Positions 1-7,066 of a stretch of 32,000 bases of DNA are shown piece by piece; the stretch's first letter is position 1; the number at the start of each line of letters is the position of its first letter. The notes under the pieces were generated by a model. It did not search any database. It saw nothing but the letters and a program-made list of their open reading frames with translations, and was not told the DNA's origin. The DNA is from Alkalilimnicola ehrlichii MLHE-1 (lineage in GTDB: Bacteria; Pseudomonadota; Gammaproteobacteria; Nitrococcales; Halorhodospiraceae). Location: assembly GCF_000014785.1 (NCBI RefSeq), contig NC_008340.1, positions 1,470,001-1,502,000 of the forward strand, written 5' to 3'. The position numbers and the translations under genes are program-made.

Positions 1-974
1 CCGAGGATGTGGACGGTGATCGCCACGAGGTGCGGTTGAGCACGGGCGAGCGGCTCCGCTACGACAAGCTGGTGCTCTCGCCCGGCATCGACTTCGATTG
101 GGACGGGCTGGCCGGCTACGACGAGGCCGCGGCAGAGAAGGCCCCGCACGCCTGGAAGGCCGGCGAGCAAAGCCGGCTGCTGCGCCGTCAGTTGGAGGCC
201 ATGGAGGATGGTGGGCTGTTCATCCTGCGCGCCCCGGAGAACCCCTTCCGGTGTCCGCCCGGCCCGTATGAGCGGGTGAGTCTGATCGCCCACTACTTCA
301 AGCAGCACAAGCCGCGGTCCAAGATCCTGTTGCTCGATGCCAAGGACAACTTCTCCAAGCAGCCGCTGTTTTTGGACGGCTGGGCGGAGTTTTACGGTGA
401 CATGATCGAGTGGGTGGGCGCCTCGCAGGACGGCCGGGTGGTGGCCGTGGACGCCGACCGTCGGGAGGTGGAGACGGAGTTCGGAACCCGCCACAGGGCC
501 GACGTGTTGAACGTGGTGCCGCCGCAGAAGGCCGGTTTCATCGCCCGCCGGGCCGGGGTGACGGACGCCAGCGGCTGGGTACCGGTCAAGCCACAGACCT
601 TTGAGTCGACCCAGATCGAGGACATCTACGTGGTGGGTGACGCCACCATCGCGGCACCGATGCCAAAATCGGGCTTTTGTGCCAACGCCCAGGCCAAGGT
701 GGTGGCCTCGGCCATCGTCTCCGAGTTTGCCGGGCACGCGCCGCCCCCGGCAGTCTGGAACAACACCTGCTACAGTCTCATCGCGCCAGGTTACGGTATC
801 TCCGTGGCCGGGGTGTACAAGGTCATCGACGGCCATATTGCCGAGGTGCCCGGGTCCGGAGGCGTCAGCCCCCGGGAGGCCGATGAGGCGTTCCGCGCCA
901 GGGAGGCGGAGTACGCCGTTAACTGGTACGAGGCCATCAGCGAAGACACCTGGGGCACCCGCTTCCGCGGTTGA
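1..974 (+). CDS. fccB: Flavocytochrome c sulfide dehydrogenase flavoprotein subunit (FccB/SoxF-like); 5-prime end lies outside the window
   Basis: The frame is open to base 3 and stops at 972-974. The translation (NPFRCPPGPYERVSLIAHYF, IYVVGDA, C-terminal NWYEAI) matches my memory of the FAD-dependent FCSD flavoprotein family. The sulfur-gene neighbourhood fits. Confidence 0.8.
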   Translation, partial: EDVDGDRHEVRLSTGERLRYDKLVLSPGIDFDWDGLAGYDEAAAEKAPHAWKAGEQSRLLRRQLEAMEDGGLFILRAPENPFRCPPGPYERVSLIAHYFKQHKPRSKILLLDAKDNFSKQPLFLDGWAEFYGDMIEWVGASQDGRVVAVDADRREVETEFGTRHRADVLNVVPPQKAGFIARRAGVTDASGWVPVKPQTFESTQIEDIYVVGDATIAAPMPKSGFCANAQAKVVASAIVSEFAGHAPPPAVWNNTCYSLIAPGYGISVAGVYKVIDGHIAEVPGSGGVSPREADEAFRAREAEYAVNWYEAISEDTWGTRFRG

Positions 975-1000
975 CCTCCCGGGTGCGGCGCTGGGTGACA

Positions 1001-1030
1001 GCCCCGGGTGCGGGAAGGCGCACCCGGGGC
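1001..1030 (+). terminator. Perfect 12-bp GC-rich stem-loop (GCCCCGGGTGCG / ggaagg / CGCACCCGGGGC) just after the fccB stop; possible terminator or attenuator
   Basis: Read directly from the sequence. There is no U-tract after it. An extra copy of the 5-prime arm (CCCGGGTGCGG) sits at 978-988. Confidence 0.4.
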
Positions 1031-1055
1031 GCGTTACGTGTGGGAGGAGCATTTC

Positions 1056-2114
1056 TTGGAGGCAGTGGAGCACACGACCCTGGTCAATCTGGGCGGTCTG
1101 GTGATTGGGTTGGTTTTTGGCATCGTCGGCCGGCGGAGTGGTTTCTGCCTGACCCGGGGTCTGCAGCGCTGTTTTCAGGCCGGTGACGGTGGCAAGCTGC
1201 GCACCTTCGCGCTGGCCGTGGTCACGGCACTGGTGGGGTCGCAGCTTCTGGCCAGCCTGGGGGTGATCGATCTCGGCCGGACTCACTACCTGGCCCCGGA
1301 GTTCTCCTGGCTGCTGGTTCCGCTGGGGGGCGTGTTGTTCGGTTACGGGATGGTCATGGCCAACGGCTGTGGGGCCCGTGCCGCCGTGTTGCTGGGGGGT
1401 GGTAATCTGCGCTCTTTCGTGGTGCTGACCTGCCTCGGGGTGGCGGCGTTCATGGCACTTACCGGGGTGTTTGCCGGCTGGCGCCTGGCGCTGGCCGAGG
1501 CCACGGGGCTGCGCCTGGCCCTGGGTGCGGGGCTGCACGGCTGGCTGGCCAGCGCGGGGCTGCCGGAGCTGTTGGCGCGCTGGCTGATGGTGCTGGTGCT
1601 GGCGATTCCGCTGCTGGTCTATGTGTTCAGCGATCAGGGGTATCGCCACCGCCGCCAGGAGTGGGCGGCGGGCATCCTTGTGGGGCTTCTGGTGCCCGCT
1701 GGCTGGTGGGTCACCGGTTCCCTGGGCGCCGACGACTTCGACCCGGTACCGGTGGTCTCACTGACCTTCGTGGCGCCGATTGGCGACGGTATCCAATACC
1801 TCATGTTGGCGAGCGGTACCGATCTGAGCTTTGGTGTCACCGTGGTGGCGGGGGTATTGCTGGGTTCGCTGGCCACCGCGCTGGTGACCGGGAGCTTCCA
1901 ACTGGAGGGCTTTCCCAGCCCCCAGCGCATGCTCCGGGCTATGGGCGGAGGGGCGCTGATGGGGATTGGCGGCGCCCTGGCCCTGGGCTGTTCCATTGGC
2001 CAGGGGATCACCGGCCTCTCCACCCTGGCGTTGCCCTCCCTGCTGGCAGCCAGCGGCATCGTGGTGGGGGCGCTGGTGGGCCTGCGCGGGCCGGCGCGCT
2101 TGCCGGCGTTGTGA
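1056..2114 (+). CDS. YeeE/YedE-family sulfur (thiosulfate-type) transport membrane protein, two-domain form
   Basis: Polytopic membrane protein with the two family Cys motifs, GFCLTRG near the N-terminus and GCSIGQG near the C-terminus. I prefer the TTG start at 1056 (GGGAGGAG 6 nt upstream) because the GTG at 1008 sits inside the 12-bp hairpin. The start is uncertain. Confidence 0.75.
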   Translation: MEAVEHTTLVNLGGLVIGLVFGIVGRRSGFCLTRGLQRCFQAGDGGKLRTFALAVVTALVGSQLLASLGVIDLGRTHYLAPEFSWLLVPLGGVLFGYGMVMANGCGARAAVLLGGGNLRSFVVLTCLGVAAFMALTGVFAGWRLALAEATGLRLALGAGLHGWLASAGLPELLARWLMVLVLAIPLLVYVFSDQGYRHRRQEWAAGILVGLLVPAGWWVTGSLGADDFDPVPVVSLTFVAPIGDGIQYLMLASGTDLSFGVTVVAGVLLGSLATALVTGSFQLEGFPSPQRMLRAMGGGALMGIGGALALGCSIGQGITGLSTLALPSLLAASGIVVGALVGLRGPARLPAL

Positions 2115-2200
2115 ATAAGTTTATGCCGGCCGGGTCTGGAACCCGGTGCCGCGGGACGAATCCAACCCCTTGGGTAACCTGTTGAACGATTGAGCACTTT

Positions 2201-3043
2201 ATGGCGAAGACATTCCTCACCGAGCTTTCCCTCAGCCGCCGGCGCCTGCTGCGCCATGGCGCTACCGGGCTGCTGGCGGGCGCCTCCCTGTGGGTGATCC
2301 CCGCTGCCGTGTGGGCTCGTCAGAGCTGGGAGCGCCTGGAGGCGGCCCGCGCCGTCGTCGGGGAACGCACCCCGCGCACCGACGGCATTGCCCTGGAGTT
2401 GCCCGCGGTCTCCGAGGACGGCAGCTCGGTACGCCTGCACGTCAGTGTGGACAGCGCCATGTCCGGGGAGGACCGCGTGGAGGCGATCCACCTTTACGCG
2501 CTTCGCAACCCGTCACCACCGATCGCCACCTTCCGCTTCTCGCCGCGGGCCGGCAAGGCGGCGGTCACCACCCGGATCCGGCTCAATGAGTCGCAGACGG
2601 TGCTGGCCCTGGCGGAGATGAGCGACGGCAGCGTCCGGATGGCGGAGCAGCAGGCCCGGGTGACCGTCAGCGGCTGTCTGCTGCGGGACGATACCTACGG
2701 TAATGGCGACCACCAAGGCGGGTTGCCGGAACCGCGCGTGCGCATGCCCCGACAACTGAGTGTGGGGGAGCCGGGCGAGGTGATCACCCTCATCAACCAC
2801 CCGATGGAGACCGGTCTGCGCGAGGATGAGCAGGGCGAGCCCATCCCGGAGCGAATCATCCACCGCTTCCAGGCGGAACTGGACGGGGAGCCGGTGGTGG
2901 AGGCGGAGCTGATGCGGTCACTGGCGGCCAACCCCTATATCCGCTTCTACTTCCAGGCAGAGACGGCGGGTGAGTTGCGCCTGCGCTGGGAGGAGGATAC
3001 CGGTGCCAGCGCCGAGAGCCGTCAGCCGGTCTCGCCAGGCTGA
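2201..3043 (+). CDS. soxYZ: Fused SoxY-SoxZ sulfur carrier protein with a Tat signal peptide
   Basis: Has a twin-arginine signal (SRRRLLRHGATGLLAGA...AVWA). The SoxY-like half (IALELPAVSEDGSSVRLHV, ATFRFSPRAGKAAVTTRIRLNESQTV, RVTVSGC) is followed by a roughly 22-aa linker. The SoxZ-like half follows (GEVITLINHPMETGLREDEQGEPIPERIIHRFQAELDG, ANPYIRFYF). Confidence 0.8.
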   Translation: MAKTFLTELSLSRRRLLRHGATGLLAGASLWVIPAAVWARQSWERLEAARAVVGERTPRTDGIALELPAVSEDGSSVRLHVSVDSAMSGEDRVEAIHLYALRNPSPPIATFRFSPRAGKAAVTTRIRLNESQTVLALAEMSDGSVRMAEQQARVTVSGCLLRDDTYGNGDHQGGLPEPRVRMPRQLSVGEPGEVITLINHPMETGLREDEQGEPIPERIIHRFQAELDGEPVVEAELMRSLAANPYIRFYFQAETAGELRLRWEEDTGASAESRQPVSPG

Positions 3044-3066
3044 TACGGCCTTGGCCGCCCGGCGAA

Positions 3067-3104
3067 AACACGCCCCCCGGAACGGTGGTCCCGGGGGGCG
3101 TGTT
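3067..3104. terminator. Perfect 14-bp stem-loop (AACACGCCCCCCGG / 10-nt loop / CCGGGGGGCGTGTT) between convergent genes; likely bidirectional terminator
   Basis: Read directly from the sequence. It lies between the soxYZ stop (3043) and the stop of the minus-strand gene (3165). It has A-rich and T-containing flanks (GAAAACACG..., ...CGTGTTGCGTTG). Confidence 0.6.
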
Positions 3105-3125
3105 GCGTTGCGGTGATCCCACGGC

Positions 3126-3157
3126 CCAGGGTGCCGTGGGACCAGGGCGCCGTGGGA
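3126..3157. repeat. Adjacent tandem 16-mer, CCAGGGTGCCGTGGGA then CCAGGGCGCCGTGGGA (15/16 identical)
   Basis: Read directly from the sequence. Either copy can pair with ATCCCACGG at 3116-3124 to form alternative 9-10 bp hairpins. Confidence 0.7.
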
Positions 3158-3164
3158 TTAGGGA

Positions 3165-4016
3165 CTACGTCGCGTTCGGTTCGGTTTCCGTTTCCGACTC
3201 CGCGGCCGAACCCTGCGCCGGTTGCTCCGGGGCAACCATATCCCGGTAGGCATGCCAGCTGGCGTGGCCAAGCAGCGGCAGCACGATGGCCAGCCCGATA
3301 TAGAACGTGACGATGCCGGCGATCGTGAAGGCCGCCAGTAGCGCCGCCCACAGCAGCATGGCGTCCAGATTCCGGTAAACGGCCTGCAGGCTGGCGGTAA
3401 TCGCATCCATAAAGGTGCTCTGGCGGTCCACCAGTAGCGGGATGCTGACCACGCTCAGGGAGAAGGCCAGGAAGGCGAGGACCCCGCCGATGGCGCCGCC
3501 CAGGGCCAGGAAGGAGACGCCCTGAATGGTCAACGTCGCTTCCACCAGCCCGGTGAGCCCGGTGGGGATGTTGCCGAAGAACACCGCAAACAGCAGCGTC
3601 GCCAGCCGGACCCAGAAGAGGAAGAAGATCATCAGGGTCAGGCCCATCAATGAGATCTGCACCGGGTTGGACTTCCAGGCGGCGGCTGCCGCGGCCAGAG
3701 TGGGCGGTTCGCCACGTTCCAGGCGCCGGCTGATGTCGTAGAACCCTACCGCCAGGAGTGGGCCGACAAACATGAACCCCGCCGCCAGTGGCAGCAGCCA
3801 GTGCTGTAGCCCCGCGGCGAACAGGGCCAGCGTGATGGCGAAACTCAGCAGGGTGATGGCCAGCCCGTAGGCGAAGCTGGTGAATGGTGCCTGGGCGAAG
3901 TCGCGGGTGCCGGCGGCGAGCCAGCGCCAGGGATGCTCCAGGGTGACATCCCGGATCTCGATGTTGGATGATGCTTCAGGACTGCTGGTCTGTCCCACGG
4001 TATCGGTCGTAGCCAT
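3165..4016 (-). CDS. Integral membrane protein, DUF2189-like
   Basis: Has a strong RBS (AGGAGGAG before the ATG) and about 5-6 TM helices. The segment GFMFVGPLLAVGFYDISRRLERGEPPTL resembles the conserved core I recall for DUF2189. The family name has not been checked against an HMM. Confidence 0.6.
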   Translation of the reverse strand: MATTDTVGQTSSPEASSNIEIRDVTLEHPWRWLAAGTRDFAQAPFTSFAYGLAITLLSFAITLALFAAGLQHWLLPLAAGFMFVGPLLAVGFYDISRRLERGEPPTLAAAAAAWKSNPVQISLMGLTLMIFFLFWVRLATLLFAVFFGNIPTGLTGLVEATLTIQGVSFLALGGAIGGVLAFLAFSLSVVSIPLLVDRQSTFMDAITASLQAVYRNLDAMLLWAALLAAFTIAGIVTFYIGLAIVLPLLGHASWHAYRDMVAPEQPAQGSAAESETETEPNAT

Positions 4017-4151
4017 TAATTGACTCCTCCTGCCTTTGCGGCCTTTGGCCGGGTTGACGATCCCTGTTGGCCGGGACCTCCTATGGCAACTATGGCAGGC
4101 GGGATGGGGCTGTCAATCGGCTAGAATATGTCGAAAGTCTCTATAACGCGT

Positions 4152-4817
4152 TCATTTACCACGGATATAGTCCCGGTCATCGAAGCTGCGCACCCACTCT
4201 GGCTTGAATACCGTCAGCATGGTCATGGTGGTGCCGTTGACGAACCCCTCGGGCAGCATGACCAGGGGCATGAGGATAAGATAATCCCCCACGATTCGCT
4301 CCCAGGGGTATACCCCAAAGAGACCGAGCAGCAGGCCGCCGGCGGTCATGGTGGCGGCGATCACGATCATGGCGGCGAAGTGGGCCGAGACCAGCACATA
4401 GACGAAGAAGTGGCGTGGCAGCCAGGTGGCCACCAGCCGGTGCAGCCGGCTGGCCAGCAGGACCGGCAGCACCACGCCGATCAGGCCGTTGATGCCCAGC
4501 GTCGCCCAGTCGTAGAAGCCCATCGTGGTGTGCACCAGCAGGGCAATGGAGGCGCCGACCAGGGCGAGCCGCCAGCCAAAGATCAGGGTCATGGCTGTGA
4601 TCCCCAGCAGGTGGAGTTCCAGCCCGGGATGGATGCCGGCCTGCATGCGCCAGAGCAGGGCCATGATGACACTGGCGCCGAAGAACACGTGCTGCAGGCG
4701 GTTGGCCTGCAGCAGTTTCCAGGGTGAGCGCAGGACCGCCCACAGGAGCAGGCTGAGATAGAGCGGCAGGGTGGCCCAAGCCACCCACGCCGGGAGCAGG
4801 CCCTCTGGGATGTTCAT
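4152..4817 (-). CDS. CbiM/NikM-like (ECF substrate-component-like) membrane protein; orphan, with no CbiN/Q/O partners nearby
   Basis: The N-terminus MNIPEGLLP resembles the CbiM MHIPDGFL signature. The protein is polytopic and 221 aa long, and its GC3 is high. Confidence 0.5.
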   Translation of the reverse strand: MNIPEGLLPAWVAWATLPLYLSLLLWAVLRSPWKLLQANRLQHVFFGASVIMALLWRMQAGIHPGLELHLLGITAMTLIFGWRLALVGASIALLVHTTMGFYDWATLGINGLIGVVLPVLLASRLHRLVATWLPRHFFVYVLVSAHFAAMIVIAATMTAGGLLLGLFGVYPWERIVGDYLILMPLVMLPEGFVNGTTMTMLTVFKPEWVRSFDDRDYIRGK

Positions 4818-4854
4818 GGGTGCCGCGACTCTCCTCTCTTACACCGGTAGGGGT

Positions 4855-5628
4855 TCAGCGGTCGGCCGCCCGGGCCAACGCCTGGAAGGGGTTGCCGGCG
4901 GATTCCGCCACCGCCCGCGTCGCCAGGGCGGGCCAGAAGCTGAAGAGGGGCAACCCGGCCAGTGCCAGGCGGAAATCGACCAGGGCCAGCGCGGCCAGGA
5001 CCAGCAGCGGGCCGACGAACAATACGTCCAGCCAACCCCCGTCGTACAATGCGCGGCGGGCGCGACGCAGGGCGTGACCCGGTCGGGCACGTATCAACAA
5101 CATGAGCATGGGCAGCCAGAGCCAGGCCCCCAGCACCAGTTGCAGCCCGCCGTAAAGCAGCAGGCCGGTCAACAGTTCCACGCCGGGCACGCTGGTATAG
5201 GGATCGAGCGCCCGGTCGGCGGCATAGCCGGCGACACCGGAGACGACTGCGGGCAGCCAAAGCCAAGCCGCGACCGTGGCGAGGACGGCCAGCAGGGCGA
5301 AGACGGCACTTTGCAGGGCGCTGCCCAGCAGTCCTCGCCCCAGGGCGGCGCGATGATGCACGGCGGGAAGCCCCAGGGCGCGGGCGCAGAGCCAGCTGGC
5401 CAGCGCCATCGCCAGGGTGACGGCAGTGCCCAGCCACCAGGCGGTGATCACCAACTGCGGCCACGCGCCGAGCGGTGCGCTGAGGGTGTAGGCCAGGGCG
5501 CCGGAGTGGGCGGCGAGCAGGCCCAACAGCAGGGGCAGCACGACACGCGCCAGGACGCCGCTCAACAGCAGCTCTATAGTGGCCCGGAGCAGGGCTCCGG
5601 GTGTGGAACGGATCAATGGATCACTCAA
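4855..5628 (-). CDS. Hypothetical polytopic membrane protein (about 6 TM)
   Basis: Leu/Ala-rich hydrophobic segments. The opposite-strand ORF 4771-5727 is Gln/Gly-rich, which is typical of the antisense of a membrane gene. A TTG start is inferred (GGTGG 6 nt upstream) but is uncertain. I do not recognise a family. Confidence 0.5.
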   Translation of the reverse strand: MSDPLIRSTPGALLRATIELLLSGVLARVVLPLLLGLLAAHSGALAYTLSAPLGAWPQLVITAWWLGTAVTLAMALASWLCARALGLPAVHHRAALGRGLLGSALQSAVFALLAVLATVAAWLWLPAVVSGVAGYAADRALDPYTSVPGVELLTGLLLYGGLQLVLGAWLWLPMLMLLIRARPGHALRRARRALYDGGWLDVLFVGPLLVLAALALVDFRLALAGLPLFSFWPALATRAVAESAGNPFQALARAADR

Positions 5629-5767
5629 AGGTGGCCACCTGGGTCGGGGATCGCTCGGCTGCTTAGGCTAAGCGCCTCCCTTGGCACCTGGCAAGCGGGC
5701 CTGGTGTCGCAGGTCGGAACCGGCTAACGTCTCCGGGCCCGGAGCGGGGACGGACAGGGATTAGGGT

Positions 5768-7066
5768 ATGAACTGGATCTTCCTGGGGATCGTTCTGGTG
5801 GCCTTTGCCACGGCCGCCTGGCGGGAACTGCGCTTCGATGGGGGGGCGGGGGAGGAGAGCCCGATGCAGGTGCTCTCCAGCGGCGTGATTGAGTCCGCCG
5901 GCGGGGCGGTGGAGTTGGCCTTGGGCCTGGTCGGCGTCATGACCTTGTTCCTGGGGCTGATGAAGGTCGCCGAAGCCGGGGGGCTGCTGACCATTATCGC
6001 GCGCCTGATCCGGCCCCTGATGACCCGGCTGTTTCCGGACGTGCCGCCGGACCACCCCGCCATGGGCGCGATGATCCTCAACATGTCGGCCAATGCGTTG
6101 GGCCTGGGGAATGCGGCCACCCCCTTCGGTATCCGGGCCATGCAGGAGCTGGACAAGCTGAATCCGCACCCCGGGACGGCGACAAACTCGATGGCGTTGT
6201 TCCTGGCCATCAACACCTCCTCCATCACCCTCTTGCCCACCGGCGTGATTGCGTTGCGGGCCGCCGCCGGGTCGGAGGACCCCGCCGGGATTCTGCCAAC
6301 GACGCTCGTCGCCACCATCTGTGCCACCATTGCCGCGGTCACGGCCGCCATGCTGTTCCGACGCTTCTTCCCCGCCGGGCCGCCGGACCCGGCGGCACGC
6401 ACCATGGAACGGCCCTGGGTGAAGGAGGCGGAGCAGCAGGACGCTCTGCCCGAGTACGCCGGACAGGGCTACCCCCTGTGGGTGTCGCTGGTGGCCCTGA
6501 GTGGCCTGGTGGCATTGATTCCACTCACGGTGGTCTACGGGCGGTTGCTATCGCCCTGGATCGTGCCCGGCCTGATGGTGGGCTTCCTGCTCTTCGGGGC
6601 CCTGCGTGGGGTGCGCATATACGAGGTCTTTGTGGAGGGCGCGAAGGACGGCTTTCAGGTGGCGCTGCGGATTATCCCCTACCTGGTGGCGATCCTGGTC
6701 GCGGTGGGGATGTTCCGTGCCAGTGGGGCCATGGAGGCCATGGTCGGGGCCATCGGCGGTTTCACCACGCGCTTCGGCCTCCCCGCGGAGGCCCTGCCCA
6801 TGGCGCTGCTGCGGCCGCTGTCCGGCTCCGGGGCCTACGGGGTGATGGCCTCGATCATCAACGACCCGGCCATTGGGCCCGACAGCTATGTGGGGTACCT
6901 GGTCACCACCCTCCAGGGCTCCACCGAGACCACCTTCTATGTATTGGCCGTCTATTTCGGCGCGGTGCAGGTACGGCGCATCCGCCACACCCTGGCGGCA
7001 GCACTGACCGCCGATGTGGTGGCCGTGATCGCGGCGGTGGCGGTCTGCAGCTACCTCTTCCTCTGA
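5768..7066 (+). CDS. Nucleoside-recognition (Gate) domain membrane protein, fused SpmA/SpmB type
   Basis: 432-aa polytopic protein. Its N-terminal half (MNWIFLGIVLVAF..., GLMKVAEAGGL) and C-terminal half (FVEGAKDGFQVALRIIPYLVAILVA) resemble SpmA and SpmB respectively. Confidence 0.65.
   Translation: MNWIFLGIVLVAFATAAWRELRFDGGAGEESPMQVLSSGVIESAGGAVELALGLVGVMTLFLGLMKVAEAGGLLTIIARLIRPLMTRLFPDVPPDHPAMGAMILNMSANALGLGNAATPFGIRAMQELDKLNPHPGTATNSMALFLAINTSSITLLPTGVIALRAAAGSEDPAGILPTTLVATICATIAAVTAAMLFRRFFPAGPPDPAARTMERPWVKEAEQQDALPEYAGQGYPLWVSLVALSGLVALIPLTVVYGRLLSPWIVPGLMVGFLLFGALRGVRIYEVFVEGAKDGFQVALRIIPYLVAILVAVGMFRASGAMEAMVGAIGGFTTRFGLPAEALPMALLRPLSGSGAYGVMASIINDPAIGPDSYVGYLVTTLQGSTETTFYVLAVYFGAVQVRRIRHTLAAALTADVVAVIAAVAVCSYLFL

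Noticed and set aside
4771-5727. A 318-aa Gln/Gly-rich plus-strand ORF
   Set aside because: It is the mirror image of a Leu/Ala-rich membrane protein on the minus strand (CTG/GCC codons read as CAG/GGC). I judged the membrane protein to be the real gene.
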